Shown here: positions 1 through 8,589 of the stretch, one piece after another | Numbering within the stretch: position 1 is the stretch's first letter | Layout: each line of letters opens with the position of its first letter | NCBI GenBank assembly: GCA_019746225.1 | Contig: JAIESE010000013.1 | Span: 42,063-106,062 of the forward strand | From: Alphaproteobacteria bacterium | GTDB lineage: Bacteria; Pseudomonadota; Alphaproteobacteria; Paracaedibacterales; VGCI01 | DNA: 64,000 nucleotides | Direction of reading: 5' to 3' | The notes under the pieces: model-generated | What the model was told of the DNA's origin: nothing | Seen by the model: only the letters and a program-made list of their open reading frames with translations | Databases searched by the model: none | Translations under genes and position numbers: made by a program

Positions 1-1
1 T

Positions 2-1237
2 ACGTATTTATTAAACCCTGACGTAAAAGGATCAATACAAGGACAATTGGGGATTATATACTATTTTCTTGGTGACAACATACAGGCAAAAGATTTGTTG
101 ATGACTAGTCTGTCAAACTTAAAGAAAGATTCTGATGAAAATCTTACAAGAATTCCTCTTTTCTTGGGATATCTAGGAAACGTCCAAAGGGATTTAGGAG
201 ATTATAAGGATGCAAAAAGACTTTTAGAAAGAAGTATTTCAATTTATGAGAAATCATATCCTAAAGAGGCTCAAAGATATGGATATTTTTTAGTCCATTT
301 GGGATGTGTGGAAAGAATCTTGGGAAATTATGAACAAGCAAGAATTTTATTTGAAAAAGGTTCCCTTATCCAGCAAAAATACTTCCCTGAAAATGATAAT
401 TACGCAGCCTGGGTCTCAGGACATTTGGGAATTATAGAAAGGGAGATGGGAGAATATGACAAAGCAAAAATTAATTTGGAAAGAAGTTTAGCAATTTTTA
501 AAAGGGATCGATCCCTTAATCATTTTGATACTGCCTGGGCTTTAGGTCATTTGACTGAAGTTTATGTCCAGCTCGGGGATTATGAAAAAGCAAAAGAAAC
601 ATCAAAAGAATGCCTTAAAATTCTTGCATCATTTTTACCAGATAAAATTGGCCCGGCTTGGATTTTAGCATATTTCGAATCTATTCCGGATTCTGAAATT
701 GAAAAAGAAGTAAAAAATCTATTTAATCAACTCCAAGCAATTTATAAAATTCATTTCCATGACAGCTATATTTATGTGGCATGGGCTATGAAACCCTTAG
801 CAAATACTTACATGAAGACCGGAAACTATGAGAGAGCTAAGTTTCTCTTGGGACAAATACTATCAATTTTTCAGAAAAACTATGGAACTGAACATATTGC
901 AACGGCTCAGATTTTTAGTGACCTTGGACAAGTCTTTTTGCTTGGGGGTAATCTTGAAGCTGCTGAGCCTATGCTTATTAAGGCATTTGGTGTCTTAAAG
1001 CTTAATAAACATCCGGCAAGTTACGTATGTTTGGAAAAATTATCAGATCTACTTCTAAAAAAATCTCTCTTAGCCAATGATTTAGGGAATGTAAATGAGG
1101 CCCGTAATTTTAAAACGCAATCGAGTGCATATTTAAAGCAAGCTCACGAAATTGTAAAAGATCATTTTCCTCCCAATTCTCCTCATATTATAAGGGTCCA
1201 GTCAAAACTTAAATCTCTAATCTCACAAGGCTCTTGA
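2..1237 (+). CDS. C-terminal TPR array of a STAND/TPR protein; 5' end cut by the window edge (third paralog of the 4820-8377 and 23521-26862 genes)
   Basis: The frame is open from nt 2, with no stop before the listed Met at 47. It contains repeated ~42-aa TPR_10/12-type units (LGxxYxxxGxYxxAxxxxExxL). The C-terminal tail AHEIVKDHFPPNSPHIIRVQSKLKSL matches AYDIVKAHFPEDSAHIKKIKEKLAKV and ALQVINARLPESSHKTRIQAKLQNIL of the two full-length paralogs. Confidence 0.8.
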   Translation, partial: TYLLNPDVKGSIQGQLGIIYYFLGDNIQAKDLLMTSLSNLKKDSDENLTRIPLFLGYLGNVQRDLGDYKDAKRLLERSISIYEKSYPKEAQRYGYFLVHLGCVERILGNYEQARILFEKGSLIQQKYFPENDNYAAWVSGHLGIIEREMGEYDKAKINLERSLAIFKRDRSLNHFDTAWALGHLTEVYVQLGDYEKAKETSKECLKILASFLPDKIGPAWILAYFESIPDSEIEKEVKNLFNQLQAIYKIHFHDSYIYVAWAMKPLANTYMKTGNYERAKFLLGQILSIFQKNYGTEHIATAQIFSDLGQVFLLGGNLEAAEPMLIKAFGVLKLNKHPASYVCLEKLSDLLLKKSLLANDLGNVNEARNFKTQSSAYLKQAHEIVKDHFPPNSPHIIRVQSKLKSLISQGS

Positions 1238-1294
1238 GAGTATTAGGAATTATTGTGCCAGGCTGTTTATTAGTAAGTCTCTTTAAAAGCAAGA

Positions 1295-1315
1295 TAGGGG
1301 GCAAGATACCCCCTA
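1295..1315 (+). terminator. Stem-loop just after the TPR gene stop
   Basis: TAGGGGG-caagata-CCCCCTA is a 7-bp GC stem about 58 nt after the stop at 1237. There is no clear T tract. Confidence 0.35.
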
Positions 1316-1505
1316 AAACCCCCATTCTCATTTTCAAATATTATGAAACTTAAAAAGTCAAAATTTGAACTAATTCAATCATTCATTTCGAACACTTGAG
1401 AAATGCGCGCTTACATGTTGCATTTGCAACCTCGCATTTGTTGCAAGCAACACATCTTAGAAAATGGAATTTTTTGGTTTCAAAAATAGAACATTTTGGT
1501 GAATA
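1309..1505 (+). repeat. Copy 1 of a ~195-bp imperfect direct repeat with a palindromic core
   Basis: It aligns by eye with 3515-3715. Both start CCCCCTA..ACCCCCA shortly after a stop codon. Both share the core GCTTA.A.GTTGCATTTGCAAC.TCGCATTTGT (1410-1445 vs 3613-3648) and ...GGAATTTT(T)GGTTT... Confidence 0.7.
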
Positions 1506-2101
1506 AAACGCCCTCTATCGGGGGGAGTAAAATCGAGGGGGACTTCCGCCCATTACTCCCGTGACCCACATGCAACACAAGAGGGAAAAGTTTCTCATTT
1601 CAAGGTGTTAATGAGGTTTTTTCTTGATTATCAGGACTCACCTCTTTACCTTGAAAGATAGGTTCAAGATGAGTGCGCCGACCCGGCAAATTATCTGAAC
1701 CTTCTCGACCCGGCAGTGCCGAAGTCGAGAGTAAGCGTGGCGAATAGGTTCGCGAAAACCCATACGCCACTAACCATAACACAACGGATGAGGTTGAAAT
1801 CATGGCTAAAGACATCTTAGCGCATACTGAGCGCATTTTCCAAGAACAGAACAAGAGAATCCCCCATAATTCTGGGCCCCCAGAAGTGTGTCTCTCTTAA
1901 ACACGTTCATCTGAAGGAGGCGAGGCGCTGTCTTGTTTCCTTCATGTTGTGTGATGTTTGAGACGACCTCTTCGGGTTTTCCTTGTCTTTAATTGGTTCA
2001 TTTTGCCTTCGCGGCTAGTTGATTCATCATGCCCAAAATTCAAGATAGAAGACCCTCTCAAGCATTCATACGTCGATTTTGTAAAGATAAGGAGACAGTG
2101 A
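1506..2101. other. Roughly 600-bp non-coding segment, GC-richer than its flanks, upstream of the 2-gene cassette
   Basis: Hand counts on 60-nt lines give 45-57% GC here versus about 35% in neighbouring coding DNA. No convincing ORF exists on either strand. Several local stems are present: GGGAGTAA..TTACTCCC at 1522-1561, CTCGAC..GTCGAG at 1705-1730, and GAAGGA..TCCTTC at 1913-1943. Confidence 0.4.
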
Positions 2102-2473
2102 ATGATAAAAATTGTGTCTTTGGATGGGACTCCAGCAGAGTACTTTGAGAGTTTCGATGAACTTCTTAAGGATATCCAAACGATTGAAAATTTGAAGCTC
2201 GTGGATGATCAACCGAATCTTTCACAACTGAATTGGAGCTTTACGATCTATTCCCCAAGACGAGTCGCCGCTCTCTATACCCACACCAAAGACCCATGTG
2301 GAGCAATGCAAGAAGCCTTTGAGGATAATCTCCCGCTAATCGAGATTTGTGCCGGTGATTACAAAATGCCCTTGTACATCGTCCTAACCGCTAATGTTGA
2401 TATGGATTACCTGAAGCGAAAGTGGTGTATCGATTGGTGCACATACCATCACCTTCTTGTGAAGGAGTTGTGA
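2102..2473 (+). CDS. Hypothetical 123-aa protein, first gene of the cassette
   Basis: ATG is preceded by AAGGAG at -13. No recognisable motif. Confidence 0.6.
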   Translation: MIKIVSLDGTPAEYFESFDELLKDIQTIENLKLVDDQPNLSQLNWSFTIYSPRRVAALYTHTKDPCGAMQEAFEDNLPLIEICAGDYKMPLYIVLTANVDMDYLKRKWCIDWCTYHHLLVKEL

Positions 2474-2582
2474 GGGTTACATAACCTTTTACAAGGCTGA
2501 CAAACAAAATAATTAATTATTCTTTAATTGTATATGCTCAAAATAATCTTTAGGTGGTTAGTGTTTAGGAGAGCAGCATAGA

Positions 2583-3512
2583 ATGCCGATAGATCTTTTT
2601 GAACATGCATATTTCGAGGAATACAATGTAACGCTTACAAACATTGATTTTTCTGGGATGCCGACATCATTACAAAATGAAATAATGAAGCAGTGGTTTT
2701 TAAAGAGATATTGTGATCCTGTTGAGAATACACCGTATGATTCAGGCGAGGGTGGATATCAATATATATCTGGTGGCCCATTTGATGCACTTGAAACACT
2801 AAGCGACCAATTTTCAGACGTGGCAACTGATGAATTTATTGCCGAAACTGCAAGAGAACTTGAAGAAGAATTTGATATATCAGATTGGGTATATACAGAC
2901 GCGTTCTTTCAACATCAGGAAAATAGTAATGATCAATTTTATGAAATCGATGCAGGGATACAAAACAATGATCCCTATCTAGCCCTTAACGAAAAACTCA
3001 CTTCCATTGAGGAGTTGCTCAATGAGCCTTCGAGAGATAAACAATTTCAATTGACGATGGCTTTCGTATTTGTTGTTACGAATTTAGAAACTTATTTATC
3101 TGATATTTTTGTGAAGAACATTTTTAAGCCAGAGATAGATTACAACACAAGAGAGAAATTTCTCAGAGCCTCAAGAAAATCTACCGAAAAAATGCTAATA
3201 TCAGAAATTTTCAGACGATATGATAAGATTGATGATGAAATCAAGGACGAAATACAGAACACATCCTTTCATAATCTTCCGTTGGTAAAAAAACTATTTG
3301 CAGAAGTCCTTGATATTTCTCTTGTCGATACCCAACAATTAGAAGTCTTTATACGAAAAAGACATGATTTTATTCATAGAGGGGGTAAAGATAAGGATGG
3401 TAAAGAAATTAGCACAGATGAAAATGAAATTAAAAATTTGATCAATTTAGCCAGAGAATTTACTAAGGATATTAATGGAAAGTTGCCTGATTTTTTTAGG
3501 GATGTGTTCTGA
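2583..3512 (+). CDS. 309-aa protein with a C-terminal HEPN-like domain (Rx4H motif); possible Abi/defence RNase
   Basis: An AGGAGAG RBS is present. The C-terminal half is predicted helical and contains FIRKRHDFIHRGGKD, with the Rx4H motif at nt 3360-3377. An upstream LETYLSDIF-type helix resembles RiboL-PSP / MAE_28990-like HEPN families. The N-terminal half is acidic and unassigned. Confidence 0.55.
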   Translation: MPIDLFEHAYFEEYNVTLTNIDFSGMPTSLQNEIMKQWFLKRYCDPVENTPYDSGEGGYQYISGGPFDALETLSDQFSDVATDEFIAETARELEEEFDISDWVYTDAFFQHQENSNDQFYEIDAGIQNNDPYLALNEKLTSIEELLNEPSRDKQFQLTMAFVFVVTNLETYLSDIFVKNIFKPEIDYNTREKFLRASRKSTEKMLISEIFRRYDKIDDEIKDEIQNTSFHNLPLVKKLFAEVLDISLVDTQQLEVFIRKRHDFIHRGGKDKDGKEISTDENEIKNLINLAREFTKDINGKLPDFFRDVF

Positions 3513-3514
3513 TG

Positions 3515-3715
3515 CCCCCTACGACCCCCACCTAAATTTCCAATTTAGACGCATGAAAAAATCTTAAATTGAAAAATAATTCATCGTTCTCGTTGAAGAA
3601 TTTCAAAGTGCGTGCTTATACGTTGCATTTGCAACATCGCATTTGTGCATGTAACAGATATTAAGAATTGCAGGAATTTTGGTTTTTAGAGTGGATTGAT
3701 TTGAGGGTTTTGGTA
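3515..3715 (+). repeat. Copy 2 of the ~195-bp imperfect direct repeat
   Basis: See copy 1. It starts 3 nt after the stop of the HEPN-like gene. Confidence 0.7.
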
Positions 3716-4096
3716 AGCTGTTGATAGGGGCATTATTGCAGGGTTGTTATTGGGATGTTTTTAGTCCCAGCGAAATGCTTGATGAATTGTTGGCTGGTTG
3801 CCTAGCTTTCTTTTCAAATTCTGCTCATCCATTTGGCTCTAATCTACCAAAGTCTTCGTAAAGCCACCTAAAATCGTCGTGGGGCGCTTTTAGGATGAGA
3901 TCCGCTACTGATCCCTAAAAATGCACCCAAAAGGGATCAGGAGGTCATTTATGGAAGATTAAACAATAATTTAAATTAAACTTAATTAAAAATTTATCAC
4001 ACTCCTCATCTTCCATTTTTTCTCGAAGTTTTCTGAAGGAGGAGATCAAGAGGAGGAAGAATATTAGTTCTTGTATTCATGTAGTCTCGGTAATGA

Positions 4097-4139
4097 GAGG
4101 TGGCCAAATTGGCCAGCTCGAGGTGGTCAAGTTGGCCAG
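4097..4139. repeat. Two tandem 20-bp units, each carrying the near-palindrome TGGCCAAnTTGGCCA
   Basis: GAGGTGGCCAAATTGGCCAG (4097-4116) and GAGGTGGTCAAGTTGGCCAG (4120-4139) repeat with a 23-bp period. They lie about 75 bp from the 3' end of the integrase remnant. Confidence 0.6.
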
Positions 4140-4213
4140 ATGGATTTGCTATCTTTTCAGAAAGAAATAATGCTCAAAAAAATTCAATTTAAAAAATGTC
4201 AACTTTCGTAATT

Positions 4214-4540
4214 CTAAGGAAGATCAATATTTGCTTTTAAAGTCCTTTCTTGAATCTTTTGTGTCTTGTTTCCAAAAAACTCCGCAGCCTGTCTCAACGG
4301 TGCATCCGCTAGATGTGCGTATCTTTGCGTCGTTGAGGCTTGGGTGTGTCCTAATAGTTTTCCAACTATACTCAAACTTAAACCACTGGAAACCAGGTGC
4401 GACGCATGGGTGTGACGTAAATCATGAAGACGAACGTTTTGGAGGCCGGCTCTTGTTTGAATGGTCTTCCAGGCTTTTTTAATATCTTGAAGAGATTGTC
4501 CCGCCACTTTACCAGGGAAGAGATATTCTTTGGCAAGAAT
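4214..4540 (-). pseudogene. 3' remnant of a tyrosine recombinase (integrase) gene
   Basis: The translation ILAKEYLFPGKVAGQSLQDIKKAWKTIQTRAGLQNVRLHDLRHTHASHLVSSGLSLSIVGKLLGHTQASTTQRYAHLADAPLRQAAEFFGNK is nearly identical to the C-terminus of the intact integrase at 18080-19267. DNA identity is about 90% by eye. An in-frame TAG sits at the 5' boundary and the N-terminal ~290 codons are missing. Confidence 0.9.
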
Positions 4541-4819
4541 CTAACCATGATCACATATGAAATCCCGAACAGTTTTGGCAAGTAAATTTAAATGACGTAT
4601 AATTAATGATAGAGTTAGCTCTATCAAAATTTAATGTTTTTGGCTTAAGTCTAAAGATTGTGATAAAAAATACCGTAGTCAATAAATAAAAATCCTTAAA
4701 AATAAGAGTAATTAACAATGCTTAAGAGTTTTTTGGTGTTATTTTTTGCTTGGGGCGAATTCACCAACTTTTGCAATGCATCAAGGTAAAGAATTTTTTA
4801 TCTTTTAGAATCGTTTCAT

Positions 4820-7800
4820 TTAAAGAATGTTTTGAAGTTTTGCTTGAATTCTGGTTTTGTGGGAAGATTCTGGAAGACGAGCATTTATCACTTGCAAGGC
4901 TTGATTGAACAGAGCAATGGCTTTTTGATCCAGCTCTCGAGATTCAATAATATTCTTATTTTCTTCAGCACGCTTCGACTTTTTAAGACACAGCTGAGCC
5001 AAATCTTCTAGAATGAGATATTGTTCTGTGTGATCCGCTGCTTGGAATTTTTGTAAAGCCTTAAGCAAATATTTTTCTGCCTCATTAATATTGCCTTCCA
5101 ACAGATAAACTCGTCCTAAACCATAGACCACACGAGCCACTTCCAAATGGTCTCTACCATAATTCCTTTCATAGATGAGCAGGCACTTTTGAAAGAGTTC
5201 ATGAGCTTCTTTGTAGTTCCCAAGGTCTGCCTGAACATTGCCAAGATATACCTTGGCGCGCGCAACTTCGACATAATGATCAGGTAGGTTTTTGCTATAA
5301 ATGGCCAAGCTTTTCTCGAGATACTCCTTTGCGGTTTCATAATCTCCTAATGTTCTATGAACATTTCCTAAATGAGCCAATGACCAAGCAAAGGCAACAT
5401 GATTCACAGGAAGGTGAGCACTGTAGATTTTGAGGCTTTTTTCAAATAATTCTTTTGCTTTTGTAAAGTTGCCCAAATCTCTATTTACATTCCCGAGACG
5501 AGCGTAAATTCTCCCTATCTCAACTTGATTATCTGGCAGGTGCTTTTTGTATAGCTGAAAACTCTTTTCATACAACGCATGAGCTTGCATGTAGTTTCCC
5601 ATATCTTTATTTATATTACCTAAATTTGAGAGAGCCCATGCATAGGGAATGTAATTTTCCGGAAGATGACTTTGATAAATTAACAGACTTTCCTCAAGAA
5701 CTTCTTTCGCTTTGTCATATTCACCCACATTACGATAAATAATACCTAAATGAATTAAAACTTGGGTAATGCCCGTATAGTTTTGTGGAAGATGGTCGCG
5801 GTAAATACGAAGACATGCGTTGAGAATGGATTTAGCTTTTTCATAGTTTTCCAACTCACCCTGAATGATACCCAAATAGCTCATAGCTTTTGCAAGGCCA
5901 AGCTTATTATCAGGAAGATCCCTTTGGTAAATGAGGGTTGCTTCTGTCAGATGGTTTTTTGCTTCTTTAAAACTACCAAGGTCCCAACAAGCATTGGATA
6001 GGTAAACCAACGCTTGTGCAACACGAGACACGTTTGCATATGGTTCTTTATTGAGTTTTGCAAGACTTGTTTCGAGCAGTACTTTCCCGTGTTTATAATT
6101 TCCTAAAGTATAATATAGATTCCCAAGCTCACACTCTATAGAGCCCTCTATCGTAGGTGTTAAAAGGCTCTTATGAGATAAAATTCGCTCATAATGATTT
6201 TTTAGCACCCTCATTTGCTGAAGATCTTCTTTATCTTCAATAACTTGTGAATATTCTTCTAGTCTTTTAGAAATGTATTCAATATTATGATGTTTTTTTT
6301 CCAAATCTAATATTTTTGTCAAATAAGCTAATATAATCTCTTGCGTGCTTCTATGAATGTAATAGCTTGAACCAGATGTTGCTGAGCTGGATAAATCATT
6401 GTTGATAAGAGAATATTTTTTTAAATGATATATGAAATTATCAATAACGACATCACTTTTATACGCGTCTAATAAATCCTTTGAAATATTTTGAGAATCA
6501 ATCAAGCTTATAAGGAGTAAAAGATCGCCAAAATCCTTATGAATATCCATAAGTGACCGTACTGCGGCAACGATAATTCCATAACGAGTCTTAGAATACT
6601 CACTTCTATCTTGTAAGACATTTTTTTGAAGAAGTGAAAAATCTGCATTAGAAACATTTAGATGCTCAAGATACTTAATATAGCTAATGTTTGTTGCTTT
6701 TAAATAATAAGCCGCAATACAAATATCTAAAGGAAAAGGTGGAAGACTCTTTAAAAACGTTATGGTATGTTCTTTTAGAGGAGGTTTAAAGTCTTGTTTG
6801 CTACCTTCTTCCATAACCTTCATAAATAAATCTAACTTTTCATCCTCCTCGAGTTCGTCAACTTGTATGACATGATTGACATGTGTGTTACTTTGAATAT
6901 GAGTATCTCGCGTTGTAATTATTACTTTGCCTTTTCCCCAAAAGGTCGCATCATGTGGAAAATATTTGTGAATATCAGAAAATTTTTCGACGTTATCATA
7001 AAAAAGAAACCAATCAGCCCGAGTCTTTAGACGTTCTCTGACAAATTGGATAAGTTTTTCTTCCTTTTCTGTAGGGTCTTTAATGTTATTTAAAGCAGTA
7101 AATACCTCTTTATCTTCGCGTGTTTTTAAAAGGGCCCCTGCAAGCTTCTCGAAAGAATCTTTGAGACTTTCCATTGATTCTGCATTCAATTCCCATGAGT
7201 TATCATTCTCTTTCTGATCTAAATATTGACGAGCAAGGAAGGTTTTCCCAGCCCCTCCAGGGCCAACAAGAGCAACTGTTTGAATGCCACCTTCCCCCAT
7301 CAGTTTATCGCCTAATAATGACAATAATTTAGGTCGCTGAAGAGTTGATGATAGTGACGCCTTCCTCGTAGTTAACGGTGTAAGATATCTATTTTTACCC
7401 TCAAACAAGAGAAACCCAGCTCCTACCAAGCTCAAACTTAACAAACATGCTGCAGTTAGATATCTCTTCCTAGGTCCCCAGAAAAAACCATTTTTAGGTG
7501 AGGGTTCCTCTTTCTTTGCACCATTATCCTTTGGTTTTGAACGTGACGGGAACATTTGTGGCTCCTCTAAAGGAACATCATTTGCGGCAAAAGGCTTAAA
7601 CTCATGAATATAAGGATCGATATTTATTAAAGGATAAATTTTTCTTACAAGGTCAAAAAAGGAGAAAAAGTAATTAGATTGATCCAGAAAATGAAAGGGC
7701 CCCCTTTCATAGGATCTTTTTGAAAATGTCCGCTTTCCGTCTTCTAAAACTAGGTAATATACCCGTTGCATATCATTTTGAGTGGACGAAGTTAAAAATC

Positions 7801-8377
7801 TTTTTTCAGGGACAATTTGAGGATCATTCAAATACTTCTCTGTAAGGATACAAAGGATATTCTCTTTTGAATAAGAGTTGATAACCTTTTCAAGGTTAAT
7901 GAGATTTTTAAGGAGAGGATTTTCTTTTTGAAAAATTTCCATCCCAGCCAAACTTAAATGATATTTTATTTGGTCGAGGATGGCCCCCTTCTCTTTGTTT
8001 AAACTTGGATCATACAGGAGGACCAAAAAATCTTTTGGATTTATATGAGATATTTTTTTTAAGGTGTTCTCAAAATGAAAATTTGCCATTAGCTGTGAAT
8101 AATACGGCTTGAAATGTACGTATTGATCACAATTTTCTACAAAATCAATGATGCCTTCTCGAGAGTTGCACTCCAGCTTAAGCATTATGTTACGTATATG
8201 AGTATCAACTGTTCTGGAAGAGATGTTCAGAAAGAAGGATATCTTTTTAGATGCTCTGCCATTGAGTAAGCACGAAATAATATCTATTTCTCTTTGAGTG
8301 AAATTTATCCCTCGCATTGTTTGAAGATGCACAGAATAAAACTTATTCAACAATGTATAATTATCTTTGATTTTCAA
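4820..8377 (-). CDS. STAND regulator, copy A: N-terminal LuxR/GerE HTH, one hydrophobic TM-like helix, NB-ARC P-loop NTPase, C-terminal TPR array (1185 aa)
   Basis: HTH: FTQREIDIISCLLNGRASKKISFFLNISSRTVDTHIRNIMLKL. Hydrophobic helix: YLTAACLLSLSLVGAGFLLF (aa 306-325). Walker A: GPGGAGKT. Walker B-like: WFLFYDNVE. RNBS-B-like: GKVIITTRD. GLPL-like: LPPFPLDICIAAYYL. About ten 42-aa TPRs follow. The listed start is TTG, so the true start is uncertain (alternative Met21 at 8317). Confidence 0.9.
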   Translation of the reverse strand: MKIKDNYTLLNKFYSVHLQTMRGINFTQREIDIISCLLNGRASKKISFFLNISSRTVDTHIRNIMLKLECNSREGIIDFVENCDQYVHFKPYYSQLMANFHFENTLKKISHINPKDFLVLLYDPSLNKEKGAILDQIKYHLSLAGMEIFQKENPLLKNLINLEKVINSYSKENILCILTEKYLNDPQIVPEKRFLTSSTQNDMQRVYYLVLEDGKRTFSKRSYERGPFHFLDQSNYFFSFFDLVRKIYPLINIDPYIHEFKPFAANDVPLEEPQMFPSRSKPKDNGAKKEEPSPKNGFFWGPRKRYLTAACLLSLSLVGAGFLLFEGKNRYLTPLTTRKASLSSTLQRPKLLSLLGDKLMGEGGIQTVALVGPGGAGKTFLARQYLDQKENDNSWELNAESMESLKDSFEKLAGALLKTREDKEVFTALNNIKDPTEKEEKLIQFVRERLKTRADWFLFYDNVEKFSDIHKYFPHDATFWGKGKVIITTRDTHIQSNTHVNHVIQVDELEEDEKLDLFMKVMEEGSKQDFKPPLKEHTITFLKSLPPFPLDICIAAYYLKATNISYIKYLEHLNVSNADFSLLQKNVLQDRSEYSKTRYGIIVAAVRSLMDIHKDFGDLLLLISLIDSQNISKDLLDAYKSDVVIDNFIYHLKKYSLINNDLSSSATSGSSYYIHRSTQEIILAYLTKILDLEKKHHNIEYISKRLEEYSQVIEDKEDLQQMRVLKNHYERILSHKSLLTPTIEGSIECELGNLYYTLGNYKHGKVLLETSLAKLNKEPYANVSRVAQALVYLSNACWDLGSFKEAKNHLTEATLIYQRDLPDNKLGLAKAMSYLGIIQGELENYEKAKSILNACLRIYRDHLPQNYTGITQVLIHLGIIYRNVGEYDKAKEVLEESLLIYQSHLPENYIPYAWALSNLGNINKDMGNYMQAHALYEKSFQLYKKHLPDNQVEIGRIYARLGNVNRDLGNFTKAKELFEKSLKIYSAHLPVNHVAFAWSLAHLGNVHRTLGDYETAKEYLEKSLAIYSKNLPDHYVEVARAKVYLGNVQADLGNYKEAHELFQKCLLIYERNYGRDHLEVARVVYGLGRVYLLEGNINEAEKYLLKALQKFQAADHTEQYLILEDLAQLCLKKSKRAEENKNIIESRELDQKAIALFNQALQVINARLPESSHKTRIQAKLQNIL

Positions 8378-8589
8378 AGCCTTGCGCGCAACTCTAAATT
8401 GTATGGTTGGTCTTTGTTTATTGATTCAAACTCTATACAGTTTCTACCTGGTGGTCTACGTAATTTTTACATAGATGAAGTCAAATACGTTTTTTTTGGG
8501 TTAGATTATTTGTTTGTTACTAACGTAAATTAAGAAATGTAAGGTATGCAGTTATTTTACGAGCCAACTTGAATAAAAAGGAGAAAGTC

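Noticed and set aside
1600-1854. 84-aa minus-strand ORF in the GC-richer block
   Set aside because: It has no RBS, a low-complexity Ser/Leu/Arg-rich translation, and no motif. It is more likely a chance ORF in GC-richer non-coding DNA. The region is reported as unexplained instead.
1506-2101. Possibility that the block is a tmRNA (a common P4-integrase target), RNase P RNA, SRP RNA or a group II intron fragment
   Set aside because: It has no T-arm (GGTTCGA) with a CCA end, no tag-peptide reading frame ending ..AA-stop, no GAGGAAAGTCC-type RNase P core, and no domain-V-like GAGC..GTTC hairpin.
1309-3715. Interpretation of the 195-bp repeats as integron attC sites flanking a gene cassette
   Set aside because: I could not find RYYYAAC / GTTRRRY core sites at the repeat ends. 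No intI-type integrase or attI is present. The repeats are direct and longer than typical attC sites.
4097-4139. CRISPR array check, here and throughout the window
   Set aside because: Only two repeat units are present, with a 3-bp spacer. No other regularly spaced short repeats and no cas genes were found anywhere in the 64 kb.
5116-6001. Short ORFs nested inside or antisense to the large genes (e.g. 5116-5340, 5762-6001, 12164-12358, 16763-17035, 17401-17757, 24273-24536, 58166-58531, 60034-60519)
   Set aside because: All lie within much longer, motif-supported ORFs and have no RBS or recognisable motifs. They are standard shadow ORFs.
8294-8533. 79-aa plus-strand ORF in the STAND-A / GTPase-like divergent intergenic region
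   Set aside because: It overlaps the 5' end of the STAND gene, is AT-rich and low-complexity, and has no RBS. The region is better treated as a divergent promoter region.
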